DNA of 64,000 nucleotides from a virus (Duplodnaviria; Heunggongvirae; Uroviricota; Caudoviricetes), in the IMG/VR virus record IMGVR_UViG_3300047317_001031, positions 1-64,000 of that record. The stretch is one strand, 5' to 3'. A program made the translations under genes and the position numbers. The notes under the pieces are model-generated. The model saw only the letters and a list, made by a program, of their open reading frames with translations. It ran no database searches and had not been told where the DNA came from. This document shows positions 37,479-47,497 of this stretch, piece after piece. The first letter of the stretch is position 1, and every line of letters starts with the position of its first letter.

Positions 37479-39248
37479 ATGGCGATTACCGGCATTCAAT
37501 CGGGAAGCGGCAATTCTGCCGTTTCCACCACGGTAACGCTTACCTACGGTTCTACGCCGACGAACGGCAATTATCTCATTTGCTTTCTGCTTACGAGCAG
37601 CACGACGGGAAGTACAGGCCCCGCCGGATGGAGTAAAATAGATAGCGCAAGCACGGCAAATGCGATCGGGGAATTATGGTGGAAAAACGCAGGAGCGGGC
37701 GAATCGACAACCTATCAATGGACGGGCCTTTCCGCGCTTGCCGATTCCCTGGTGATTGCGCGAGAGTATAGCGGCGTTCATGCCGGCGTTGTCGGAATAA
37801 ATTCTGAAGGGTTTCGTACTGGAAGCAATAGCACGAGTACAGAAATCGCATCCGTTCTTAATTGTCGTGCCTTAGCTTGGTGGGGCGTTTATTTTAGCGG
37901 TTCAAACCCAACATGGAGCGGATTATCAAGCGGATGGACGGCGAATACAACCGTTGATAGCGTTCTTGTTCATTGCCAAATGGCGACGAGAGACACAATA
38001 ACAGCCGAGGGCGGAGCTAATAATCCATCGAACACGCCTTCTTCGCAAACGCAAAGAATCAATTGCCTTGTCATTTTGCAGCCCGCTAGCCCATATACGG
38101 AAACGCGCACGGTAACCTCTGCGACGACGGATAAAAGTCTTCGTCTTCCTTCGGCTATTCGAGTAAAAGCCTCGGCGACAACCTCAAAACGTGTAGTTTC
38201 TGATACGGCGCTGCGTAAGATCGTAACTGGAATATATAAACGAATTTTATCCGATGCTGTTTCGCATAAGATTATAAGCGCGACTATTCCAAAATCAATA
38301 CGTATTGACTCTGCAAAGAGAATAATTATAAGCGCGACTGCGGGCGTATCACGACGATTGCTTAGCGCAATACGTAAGATTGGAAGCGGATCATATCGGA
38401 GAGCCGTCTCTGCTTTGGTCGGCAGAAAAAATACAAGTGGAGCAACTGCGCATTCTCTACGCCTTCCTAATTCCTTACGAAAAATCGCGAACGTATCTAG
38501 CGCGCATAGTATCCGATCGTCACTTCCGCTTCGTCATGTTCTGAGCGCGACGGCGAAATCCCGTAGGTTTTCCGGTTTATCTATTCGCAGAGTCGCCTCG
38601 GGAACAATAGGGATTTTTCGAAGGGCTTTAATTCTAAAGCGCATTGTTGTAGTGATAATAGCCAATCGTTTAATCCGTTTGTCGCTCTCTGCTAGACGTA
38701 TTATGACGGGCGCATATCATCTGTTCACGGCAATTATAAGCGTACGGCATATCGCAAGCCTCGTAAATGCTTACAAAATACACACGCATTTCTTTACCGG
38801 GCATATTTCCTCATCGGGGATAGGCCGCCGTCTTGCGTTAATCGCTGCTTCTCGTCGCGACATAAGCGCAACAGGCAAGAAGTCTTTACGCCTTATAACT
38901 GCGATCCGTCGCCTCGCTTCTAGGGCCGTTGCAACTTCCTCGTCTCAATCCGCGATTGAAGTTTTCGTTGTTGCAAGCGTAGCGGTCGGGCATAGTTTGC
39001 GGAATATAATCGCCGAAAGAAGAAGCGGTTCGCCCGTCGCCGGGGCATCTCAAAAAATCATCGGATCTCTTCGTCGGATCGCCTCACGAGTAGTCGGCTT
39101 CTTTAGCGGAAACAAATATGGAAGAGCCCCAATTCTCTTAACCGTAACGATGCCGACAATCATCATAGGCAGCGTGATTATGCCTACAATGATTGCACGG
39201 AACGTAACGATGCCCGTCGAAATCGACCTTTCCCTAATCATCCCATAA
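37479..39248 (+). CDS. 589-aa protein with N-terminal S/T/G-rich domain and about 15 tandem degenerate basic 17-aa repeats
   Basis: C-terminal 370 aa is built from units like SAIRKIGSGSYRRAV / SDAVSHKIISATIPKSIRI / SAKRIIISATAGVSRRLL and ends in three TMPTIII-like units. No competing ORF in other frames. Confidence 0.5.
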   Translation: MAITGIQSGSGNSAVSTTVTLTYGSTPTNGNYLICFLLTSSTTGSTGPAGWSKIDSASTANAIGELWWKNAGAGESTTYQWTGLSALADSLVIAREYSGVHAGVVGINSEGFRTGSNSTSTEIASVLNCRALAWWGVYFSGSNPTWSGLSSGWTANTTVDSVLVHCQMATRDTITAEGGANNPSNTPSSQTQRINCLVILQPASPYTETRTVTSATTDKSLRLPSAIRVKASATTSKRVVSDTALRKIVTGIYKRILSDAVSHKIISATIPKSIRIDSAKRIIISATAGVSRRLLSAIRKIGSGSYRRAVSALVGRKNTSGATAHSLRLPNSLRKIANVSSAHSIRSSLPLRHVLSATAKSRRFSGLSIRRVASGTIGIFRRALILKRIVVVIIANRLIRLSLSARRIMTGAYHLFTAIISVRHIASLVNAYKIHTHFFTGHISSSGIGRRLALIAASRRDISATGKKSLRLITAIRRLASRAVATSSSQSAIEVFVVASVAVGHSLRNIIAERRSGSPVAGASQKIIGSLRRIASRVVGFFSGNKYGRAPILLTVTMPTIIIGSVIMPTMIARNVTMPVEIDLSLIIP

Positions 39249-39251
39249 GAC

Positions 39252-39896
39252 TTACCCTACGTGTACCGCGATTATCCGAGGCCTATGCTTTGGAATTCTC
39301 TGGTTACGAAGCGCAATTTCTTCTTGATGCCGGCGACGTCGGAAAGCGCGGCGGTGAACCGCTATGTCTTCCCTGATTGCGGCCATGAAGAGCCGTTGTA
39401 TGCGGCATGCGAGCCCATAGAGGCAGAAGAAGACCAGGGCGAAGAGGAAACATAGCGCGACATGATTGACCGCTCCCAAGGGGCTGAAATCGGCCTGATT
39501 GGGGGGATGAGCGACATGCGAAGAATATTGATGGAGGATCTTCGCATGTCCCTGATAACTTGCCCGGCGCGTATGGCGATTCCCCCGATGCGGAAGGAAT
39601 GCTTTATACTTTCCGGAGCGATGCGTTGACCATGCGTTCCACCCTTGCTTATGCCGCACGTACGTAGCGGCGAGAGCGCAGAGATAAGGGTCTTCGGTGA
39701 GGGAGTGCGCATTGAACGGATGAACGCCGTTAATTTGAAACGCGCAGTAACTTCCTCCGAAGGGATCGCTATGGTTGACCGCATGGTTGTTTCCCCCGGA
39801 TTCGGCTTCTGCGACTGCGGCGGCGGTATCGGCCTCTTTAGGCGGTCCCCCTGCGATTATCCATTCTTGACGTAGCGCGGCGAAGGTTAGGCTCAT
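39252..39896 (-). CDS. lytic transglycosylase (SLT/GH23 lysozyme-like) with C-terminal hydrophobic extension
   Basis: AEAESGGNNHAV...GAFQING catalytic-Glu region typical of the SLT domain. Confidence 0.65.
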   Translation of the reverse strand: MSLTFAALRQEWIIAGGPPKEADTAAAVAEAESGGNNHAVNHSDPFGGSYCAFQINGVHPFNAHSLTEDPYLCALAATYVRHKQGWNAWSTHRSGKYKAFLPHRGNRHTRRASYQGHAKILHQYSSHVAHPPNQADFSPLGAVNHVALCFLFALVFFCLYGLACRIQRLFMAAIREDIAVHRRAFRRRRHQEEIALRNQRIPKHRPRIIAVHVG

Positions 39897-40202
39897 CGTA
39901 GCAGCCCCTCGATCGCTTCTCGCAGTTGACGCCCAAGCGCGCGAGCGTTGCTTACGAGCACGAGCCGGGGAAGGTCAATCTTTATCAAGACGAGCCGGAA
40001 CGATCGCTTGTTCGCGACCGCGATTTCGACGGCTTCTTCCATGGGGATAGGTAGGGGCGCATCGTCCGCGCCGCGTAGAGTATCGTCAGGCATGGGGTCC
40101 TCTCACCTAGGATTCCTTGCTCAGGGTTCAAGCGCGTTGATCTCGCGGCTTGAACCCGTTTTATTTTCTATCGTCGCTTCGGCTACTAAGTTTAGCTTAC
40201 GA

Positions 40203-40493
40203 CTACAGAATCTCGTCAAAATTGAAGAAGATCGTGCTCATATCTCGGCGACCATCAATGATGCGCATAACATGCACCACATTCGGGTTTATCACGATTG
40301 AACGTAATCCGCCCGGCTTGAATTCTGGACGAGGACGCCCAGAAAACGGAAACTTTTCTAACATTGCAGAACGATCATCAATACGTTCGATAATCACTTG
40401 GGCGCGAAATTCACTTCCGCTTGTTGCGATGATGTTCGTTCTCAGGGTTGCAAGATCACGGAGAGACGCAGGAGTGTATTTTACGCTTGTCAA
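40203..40493 (-). CDS. parE: ParE/RelE-family toxin
   Basis: C-terminal INPNVVHVMRIIDGRRDM matches the ParE signature. Confidence 0.75.
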   Translation of the reverse strand: MTSVKYTPASLRDLATLRTNIIATSGSEFRAQVIIERIDDRSAMLEKFPFSGRPRPEFKPGGLRSIVINPNVVHVMRIIDGRRDMSTIFFNFDEIL

Positions 40494-40657
40494 GACGATC
40501 GTTGCTTTCTCTCAATACCGAACATTGCTCGCATCTCTTTAGCAGGTACGGAAAGACCCGCTTTCACCTCTTCGTAAGCTTCGAGAATGTCGGCCTGTAA
40601 GCGATTAAAAGTCTCGTCATGCACGGGCGGGATAGGGTCGGGAATCGGAATTGCCAT
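40490..40657 (-). CDS. small PaaA2-like antitoxin (55 aa, below ORF-track cutoff)
   Basis: Manual translation: MAIPIPDPIPPVHDETFNRLQADILEAYEEVKAGLSVPAKEMRAMFGIERKQRSS. Stop overlaps the ParE start. Paralog of the 53-aa protein at 44846..45004 (shared ...EMRAMFG motif). Confidence 0.5.
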   Translation of the reverse strand: MAIPIPDPIPPVHDETFNRLQADILEAYEEVKAGLSVPAKEMRAMFGIERKQRSS

Positions 40658-40659
40658 GA

Positions 40660-40884
40660 CTAGGCCGAGGCCAATGCTCGGAGCAGAGTCGCATCCTCGG
40701 AAACGATCTCCGATGCGAGAGCACGCAGGCGCTCACGGGGAATGGGGCGAGCGTCAAAGTGAGCGCGGAGGGCATCTCTCGTTACCTCGTTCATCGATCG
40801 TCCCTCCGCCTTTGCCTGGAGCTGGAGCCTGTGATACATCGCTAGATCGAGGCGAACAGGAAGGGCTTTTGCATGTAGTGACAT
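40660..40884 (-). CDS. RHH (CopG/ParD-like) regulator
   Basis: MSLHAKALPVRLDLAMYHRLQLQAKAEGRSMNEVTRDALRAHF, RHH fold signature. Taken from the internal Met of ORF 40660..40980. Confidence 0.5.
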   Translation of the reverse strand: MSLHAKALPVRLDLAMYHRLQLQAKAEGRSMNEVTRDALRAHFDARPIPRERLRALASEIVSEDATLLRALASA

Positions 40885-42191
40885 GGCGTTATGATACCAC
40901 AGTATCATTCGAGGGGCAAGAGGTTTGAAGTCGTTTCCCGCATAGGTAGCATTTCGCAGGTTTGCTGATCGTACGAACATGCGGTATGTTTCACACGGTT
41001 AGGGCAAGCGTTATCTCCCGGAATATGTCCTACCCGCAACGAACGCCATTGCCCGTGCGCGCAAAGGTGTTCCATAAAGCAATCGCACTCCTTTGCCGGT
41101 TCATCGCAGTCATGGGCAAGCGTAATCCCGTTTTTCTCCGCCATTGCTTGCGCCTCATCATAGGTTAGCATTTCGCCTCTTTCCGTGCGGCAATATCTAG
41201 CAGGTCCTTCGCTCCGTTGACCATCGCGGCAATAAGCATGGCGTCAAAAGAACTTCCCGAATGAGAAATAGGCCCAAACTTTGCAACGATCTGATCGTTC
41301 GCGTCGGCAATGCAGACGATGCTAGGTTCGTCTTCGCATGTTGATACGCGCCAAGGTAGCGGAGATATATTCGGATTCGCGAGAAGTCGGCGCATGTTCC
41401 GCTTCTGGGAAACACGCTCGCATGCCTTATCTTTGCTTGTGGGGTCTTCCACTTGACAGCCAAGAAGTGCTAGGAAAACCCTTGTATTTGCGTTCATGTT
41501 ATTTTACGCTTTCTTGACGACGGTTGCTAAGGATGATGCATTCGGGATCATGGCAGTTTCCAGCCTCGTCTAGCGCTCGCGTATCGGCACACCATATGCA
41601 TTCCGCACGGCCCTCCCAACGCTTCCGGGAAGCCTCCTCGTGAGCCTTGCGCGCCTTTGCACATCTTACTTTTTTCATGAGACTTTCCGCAATGTTATCG
41701 ACGATGGTCGTCGTTTCGTCCGGCATTTGCTCGCGAACCCATCGGGCCGCATCGTCAAAGGAAGAGAACTGCGGCGGGTTCATGTTAGCGGCTATCTCGT
41801 TGCATTCGCTCATTTGCGGCATTCCTGTATGTTGCCGAGGGCGATAGCGAAGCCGGGATTATCGGTTTTGTACGCTGCGATAGCCGTGATGCTCTCCGCA
41901 TCTATCCAGTTATCCCATGCGAGTGAAAGAGCGTGACCAGGGTTTAGCCCCTTCACCTCGTCCTCGTGTACGAGCCCATCGTTCCAGCGCACACGCACCG
42001 AAAGCGAAACCGGGTAGTTCTGTTCGTGGTAGCCTTTCACGACTTCCCCTCCTTCGCGAGCCGGTTTTTTACTGTGCGTGAAACGTCAGGATTGAGTTTC
42101 AGAAATTTTTCGGCGCCAGGATCAAGCCGTAAGAAGCAGTCCCCGCACATTCCATTCAGGATTGCATAGCGGGCACATTGAGTGCAAACCA

Positions 42192-42500
42192 TTACGCCGC
42201 AACCTGCAAACGCACTTCAGTTTCGATCTGGGCCTCGTTGAAAACCGTATAACACTTGCGGATACAGACTTTTTTGCCCGTCTCCTCTTCCTTGCCCGGT
42301 TGAATGAACCATATCTTCGTACCCTTGGACCCCTTGAGAACCGGGCGGCCGAGGCTTAACGCCTGCATGAAGGTGACCCATCCCGCCGTTGGGTACGCAT
42401 TCGAAATCTGTGCGCCTAAGAGCGTTCCCACGTTTTCGCCGGAATATTCGGCCAGGGTGGAGAGATTGAACGGGGCGGCGTATTCTACGTTTTGCATCAT
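42192..42500 (-). CDS. ArdC N-terminal-like (DUF1738-like) ssDNA-binding protein
   Basis: ISNAYPTAGWVTFMQALSLGRPVLKGSKGTKI resembles the ArdC-N motif (..WLTFKQA..LGG.VRKGEKG). Start moved to the MMQNV Met with GAGGAG RBS because the ORF-track start lies inside the promoter. Confidence 0.5.
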   Translation of the reverse strand: MMQNVEYAAPFNLSTLAEYSGENVGTLLGAQISNAYPTAGWVTFMQALSLGRPVLKGSKGTKIWFIQPGKEEETGKKVCIRKCYTVFNEAQIETEVRLQVAA

Positions 42501-42570
42501 GGACTCCTCAAGCGTCTTTGCTGCGTGAGGCCTGCGGCGGTCAGAACGTCGTCGGCCTCTTCTTGAATCT

Positions 42571-42600
42571 ATATTACCATTATATAAACTCAAGAGTCAA
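42571..42600 (-). promoter_or_regulatory. repeated strong sigma70 promoter, copy A (TTGACT-N18-TAATAT)
   Basis: Near-identical 33-nt element also at 44385..44414. Confidence 0.55.
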
Positions 42601-43124
42601 GGGGTAGGCCCCGTTTTTTTGCCTTTCTTTTTTGATGCTTCTCCGGCGTGTAGGCGCATTTGGGATCGTTGCAATAGCCGTTCCCATCGGCTGGACGTAT
42701 CAGGCAACGGATGCAGAACCCCTCGGCAATTTGATTTTCGCGGTAGCGCTTTTGAGCCTCTACCATGCCGATAGGCATCGGGCGCTTGCAATGAGGGCAC
42801 GGAGGGCCGATAGGAGCGGGCATATTAGTTCTTACTTTCTCGCAGTGAAGTTCTTCGAAGCATGATTGAGCTTTGAGCAGTAATCTTGCGCTGCCTCTAG
42901 CGTCTCGAACTTATCGCCTACATTACGACCCATAGGCGCGCACGTCGTACACTTTTCCCGCGAATCAAGATAGCCGCATTCGGCAGGTTTTTCGATTAAG
43001 ACGCAAGGATCAAAGCTTCCCCAACGTGTAAGGCGAGCTTCGAAGTGCTCGCACGAATGCCGCACGGGAATATACTGGAGCGCCGAACCGACGCGGGAAA
43101 TCGTTGTGTTCACGTTTTTCTTTC

Positions 43125-44378
43125 TTATGCCGAAATTGCCAGGCGGGTGAGGAGCGTTTCCTTGCGCTCGCGATAGGTCTCATGTTTCTTCACGGTTCCG
43201 GTTATCCGGATGGTCGCGCCGCTCTCGAAGGCGTAGGAGCCTGAGTAGAACGACTTTAGCACGTTCCCGCCGGCAACCATCGTTACAAGTTGCGTCGTTC
43301 CGCCCATATAGCCGTCCAGCATGCGCACTGCGAGAACCTTCGCCTCAATGTCACGCATACGCTTGCCGATCTCGCCGACGTGCTCGCTATGCCCGGAAAG
43401 CGCTTCCCGCTCGGTACGCTTCGCGGTCATGTTCTGATAGGATGCAACGGCGGAAACCGCAATCCCAAGGTCTTTAAAATAAAGATAATCAAGTTTTGAA
43501 AGCGTCGCAAGGTTCCATTCGTAATCATTTTTTGGAGCAAGTTCCTTTATCCATGCGTGAACGAGGTCGGCCATAGCATCGTCTCCAGCGAAATCTTCCG
43601 CAGTTTCTTCTCCCGCGTACTGGTCGCCCTCCATATATTGTAGCACCATGTCTTTCGTTGAAGAGCCGCAGCCTCTCTCGTTTTTCATTTTCGCGCTTAC
43701 CCAACCATGCCGGCGGATGCAGCGCGCCGCAACGACGAGAATCATCCGCAGGTCGAATTCCGAACGATGCCCTCCGCTTAAAAAGTCCCCGTCCGCATCC
43801 GTCATGTCGTCCGCAAGCGCGTTAATCCGCGTGAGCATCCAAAGCAGCGCATGGGGATCGTGCCCCAAGAAGTCCGCGATGCATGTCGAGCCGACTTGCT
43901 TCCAGGCGCCTTCGTCAGAAACTAAGAAGTAGGTTGTGTTTCTGCGGCGGTCTTGGTCGCAATGTTCGCAGGTCGGCGCACAGGTCGCAATCGTCGCAGC
44001 GATCGTCTCGGGGAGTTCACGCTCGCGCGTCGACGTTATCAGGTTCGCATACTCGCGTGTTTTGTTTTCGGCGTCCGTTACCCGCCGATGATCGACATGC
44101 GCGGCGAACGTCCAACCCGCTATCTTGATCGGCCCCGCCGTTAGCGTTATGTCGACGATCGTTTCCATTGCATAAGTGGGCGGCATGTCAATTTCATAAT
44201 TTCCAAATAGGTTTGCATTCGCCTTGCCGGCAACGAGAACCGAGACTCTGCGGGATTCCCCGATCACCATTTCGCATGGCGGAACCCCGATTTTCGCGGC
44301 CTTGGCATTGAGTTTGGCAACCATTTCTTTCGCGCGGGAAACCTTGGCGGCCGGAACGGAGAATGTTTGCGTCTTCAT
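43125..44378 (-). CDS. hypothetical 417-aa protein
   Basis: Long intact ORF; the ATG coincides with the predicted TSS of promoter copy B (possible leaderless mRNA). Confidence 0.45.
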   Translation of the reverse strand: MKTQTFSVPAAKVSRAKEMVAKLNAKAAKIGVPPCEMVIGESRRVSVLVAGKANANLFGNYEIDMPPTYAMETIVDITLTAGPIKIAGWTFAAHVDHRRVTDAENKTREYANLITSTRERELPETIAATIATCAPTCEHCDQDRRRNTTYFLVSDEGAWKQVGSTCIADFLGHDPHALLWMLTRINALADDMTDADGDFLSGGHRSEFDLRMILVVAARCIRRHGWVSAKMKNERGCGSSTKDMVLQYMEGDQYAGEETAEDFAGDDAMADLVHAWIKELAPKNDYEWNLATLSKLDYLYFKDLGIAVSAVASYQNMTAKRTEREALSGHSEHVGEIGKRMRDIEAKVLAVRMLDGYMGGTTQLVTMVAGGNVLKSFYSGSYAFESGATIRITGTVKKHETYRERKETLLTRLAISA

Positions 44379-44384
44379 GTGTTC

Positions 44385-44414
44385 ATATTACCATTATATA
44401 AACTCAAGAGTCAA
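44385..44414 (-). promoter_or_regulatory. repeated strong sigma70 promoter, copy B
   Basis: TTGACT-N18-TAATAT; identical core to copy A. Confidence 0.55.
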
Positions 44415-44528
44415 GAGAAGGCCGATAAGTTTTTCTCCGTGAGGCAGGCGCGAGAAGAAGGCGGAGGAATCCTTCCTTGCCCTCCTTCGGGGTCGGGAAG
44501 CGAATTGTGCCGCGCTTCCCGAGTTGTC

Positions 44529-44849
44529 TTACTCGAATTCGCTAAAGTCAAACGATAGCGTTCCTAGGTCGCGGCGCCCGTCAACGATTCGGGCAATGAA
44601 AACCGTTTCCAACGCTTTGACGTACTCATAAAATACAACGTTCGGACGTATTGAAAAAGAACGTATGCTCGGCCATAATTCCGGGCGGCTACGGCCTAGC
44701 CTCGGGAATAGTACCAATTTCGCGCAGGCCGCATCAATACGTTCGAGAATCGCCCGCACGTAACTGTCGCTTCGCTTACTCTCAAGCAAATAAGCACGTA
44801 TAGATGCGAGATCGCTCAATGCCTCGGCAGAATATCGAAGAGCAATCAC
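44529..44849 (-). CDS. parE: ParE/RelE-family toxin
   Basis: IRPNVVFYEYVKALETVFIARIVDGRRDL is the ParE signature; GTG start overlaps the upstream antitoxin stop (GTGA). Confidence 0.75.
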   Translation of the reverse strand: MIALRYSAEALSDLASIRAYLLESKRSDSYVRAILERIDAACAKLVLFPRLGRSRPELWPSIRSFSIRPNVVFYEYVKALETVFIARIVDGRRDLGTLSFDFSEFE

Positions 44850-45004
44850 GCAGTAGGCTCCGATAGTCCAAACATGGCGCGCATTTCTTCAGCCGATACC
44901 GTGCGCCCGGCATCAATGGAAGCAACGCCTGCAAGCACGTCGTTCTTCAATTGATCGAAAACTTGGTCTTGATGAATCGGCGTCGGCTCCGGCAAGGCAC
45001 TCAT
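44846..45004 (-). CDS. small PaaA2-like antitoxin (53 aa, below ORF-track cutoff)
   Basis: Manual translation: MSALPEPTPIHQDQVFDQLKNDVLAGVASIDAGRTVSAEEMRAMFGLSEPTA. Confidence 0.5.
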   Translation of the reverse strand: MSALPEPTPIHQDQVFDQLKNDVLAGVASIDAGRTVSAEEMRAMFGLSEPTA

Positions 45005-45252
45005 GTTCGAAGCCCCTTTGATTCGCGAACAGCATGCCGCATACGGCAGAATTCATCCACTTCTCGCATAGCCGCGCGAGATTCTTCGTTCGGAGTTTTT
45101 AGTTCGAGTGGAAGTCCTTTTTCGCGAACGATCGTCGTCAACAGCATGCGAACCGCATCCGATACCGTGAGGCCAAACTTCGCGAGGACTAGGGCAGCCT
45201 CGGCCTTTACCTTGCCGTCTATGCGGGTTTGCACAAGAGCGTTTGCAGCCAT
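45001..45252 (-). CDS. DinJ/RelB-like RHH protein
   Basis: MAANALVQTRIDGKVKAEAALVLAKFGLTVSDAVRMLLTTIVREKGLPLEL matches DinJ. Taken from the internal Met of ORF 45001..45408; stop overlaps the small antitoxin start. Confidence 0.55.
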   Translation of the reverse strand: MAANALVQTRIDGKVKAEAALVLAKFGLTVSDAVRMLLTTIVREKGLPLELKTPNEESRAAMREVDEFCRMRHAVRESKGLRT

Positions 45253-45343
45253 TTCACGCCCCTCCTCAAGGGCGCATGTAAATTGTAATGCAATCGAAAG
45301 GCAATTGCAAGGGCAGAGGTGACGACCGCAACCTCCATGCATG

Positions 45344-46273
45344 TCATAGGATTTTCCACCCTTTATGAAGCGCTGCGTACCGGCGGGTCGCGCATGATCG
45401 GCTATCAATCTTCACCGCGAGCACGCCCCCGCGCATCACGATAACCCCCTCAATAAGCGATTGCCCCACGAGCGACGGCACAAGCAGAGAAACCCGCTGC
45501 CCCGTGCGAAAACCATGCGCGATAGCGTTCGTGTTGAAATCCATTTTCCGCCCCGTCTGAGTAGCCCGAAAGCGTCGATTGATCTCCGCGCATATCACGC
45601 GTAAGGAAACTTCGTTTTCCGTCGTCGAAAGAATCATGCCCTTATAGCGACCCTTCGGGCAACGCTCGCCGGGCAGCGCATCATATAGTACTTGCAGCTC
45701 CTCGTCGCTCGCATCGTCAAGCTTGAGCAAGGCATGCTGAATACGATCGGCCTTTTTCGCATGGTCCTCTCGCGCTTTTTTCTCAGCCTTCGCACGCTCC
45801 CATGCGGAAGGAACAGGGGGAGCCTCGGCAAGGATTCGAGTAACCACGTAGGGCGGTTCTTCGCTTACAGTAAGAACTCCTAGTCTTACTTGCGCGAACG
45901 TATCGTCCGCCGGCAGGTTCGTTTCCGGGATAATCAGGCGCGGATGAGAAGCGGTTATTTCCGCTAGCCAGGCAGGCGCGCTCACAGGTGCGTCCTTGAA
46001 AATATCCTGAAGCATGTCGCAATAGACTTCGTGGTAATCTTCGATAAGCGTCGCCTCGAACGTCTTCGTGGAGTGCTTGAAAAACTTCACGGTATACGTA
46101 TCTATGGGGTCAAGGGTAATGGTTACCATATTGATTTTTATGCCGGCATAGCGCGGAAGGCGGAACCGTAGCCCGCTCTCAATCGCGACGAAGTTTCTTG
46201 CGCCCGTCATGACGATGAACCGCTTACCGCCTAGCTGCTCTAGGATGGTTTGCGCTATGTCCGCGTTGTTCAT
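45344..46273 (-). CDS. hypothetical protein
   Basis: Intact 309-aa ORF; no recognisable domain. Confidence 0.4.
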   Translation of the reverse strand: MNNADIAQTILEQLGGKRFIVMTGARNFVAIESGLRFRLPRYAGIKINMVTITLDPIDTYTVKFFKHSTKTFEATLIEDYHEVYCDMLQDIFKDAPVSAPAWLAEITASHPRLIIPETNLPADDTFAQVRLGVLTVSEEPPYVVTRILAEAPPVPSAWERAKAEKKAREDHAKKADRIQHALLKLDDASDEELQVLYDALPGERCPKGRYKGMILSTTENEVSLRVICAEINRRFRATQTGRKMDFNTNAIAHGFRTGQRVSLLVPSLVGQSLIEGVIVMRGGVLAVKIDSRSCATRRYAALHKGWKIL

Positions 46274-46606
46274 TAGCGCGGCTCCATGCCGACGTGCTTA
46301 TATATATGGCACGGCTTCGATGTTGAGCAGCAGGGCGTCGTTCCGGCGAGAACCGCGCTCTGCCGGGTGTACCATGAGTCTCCTCCTGGGAGAGCGAGAA
46401 CGCCGGCAAGCGTGCGCCCGAGAGCGTTGTTTGTGCGTGTTAAGTTACGCGCTGCGCGGGGGGATTTTGAGGCCAGGTACCCTTGCGCCGCCGAGCGGAG
46501 AAAACGGATCATAGCCAAAGTAGTAAGCTGCATTTCGAGGCTCCTGTAAAGCTTCGGGTGCGGGAGCCGGGCGGGTATCAGGTCGCTCGGCTCTCTTGTG
46601 TCTTGA

Positions 46607-46635
46607 TTATGTCATAGTCACGATGCGGAGTCAAG
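46607..46635 (-). promoter_or_regulatory. repeated sigma70 promoter, copy C (TTGACT-N17-CATAAT)
   Basis: Shares core ATTATGTCATAGTCACGA(T/A)GCGGAGTCAAG with copy D. Confidence 0.5.
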
Positions 46636-47497
46636 CCTTTTCAGATTCTTTTCCGTCACGAAGGCGGCGCTGAACGATAGTGTTTTCCGCAGCGCATTTT
46701 CCGCACGTCGTACGATCTGCCCGAGCCTTGCGCTTGCAGCAATTTTCACACTTGCCCGATTTCCTCGCGCGCTTACGTTGGTTCGCCTTGCGTTCCGCCG
46801 CCGTCATTACCATTTTCGATTCCTCACGTACGCCATGTTTTTCTTGCTCCGATTGCTCTCAGCATCGCACATTTGATTTAGCCGCGCGATCTCCTTACGC
46901 ACGCCAAGGGTATACACTACGGATTCGGAAGGAGACAGCCCCAATTCGATAACGCGAGCAACAAAATAAACCTCCTGCGAAGGCAAGGGGGAGAGGCCGA
47001 GATAGTTCTCAGCCTCGTTCGTTAGGTCATAGATCAATCGCACGTCTCCAGTGACTCAACCCATGCGCGCGAAACCTCATCCGTATCTTCGTACCACGTA
47101 GTATGGAATCCGCTCTCGCCATTATGGTTCTGCGCCCGCGTATCCTGCTTACGATATTTCCCGCAGTGCGCGCAGCATTCCGTGATGAAAACGCCGCCGT
47201 TATTGTTGCTCCATATCCCCGGCGCGCTCTCGATTCCGCCGACAACCTCTAGATCGTCTCGCCAATCGTGTACGCCCGCGGAACAATCAGGCTCGGGCGG
47301 ATCAAGAACGACCGTGATCTGATCGCACTCTCCGGTCTCGATATCCTCCAGGAAGACCGTAACAAAGATCGAGCGATCCTCCGCATCCCAGTCTCCGACT
47401 CGCGCCCAAGCCTCCGCCTTCTCGCGTGCCTCGGCAAACGTCGCCGCTTGGATTTCCTCTTCCGATCCGTACTCGTCACGCAGGCGATAGCCCGTAA

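Noticed and set aside
39893-40093. 66-aa ORF as antitoxin of the ParE at 40203
   Set aside because: It lies downstream of the toxin and overlaps the SLT gene start. The unannotated 55-aa ORF upstream (40490-40657) fits the antitoxin position and has a paralog in the second ParE module.
42501-42593. N-terminal 30 codons of ORF 42192..42593
   Set aside because: They overlap the -10/-35 of promoter copy A; an internal Met with a GAGGAG RBS at about 42500 is the likelier start.
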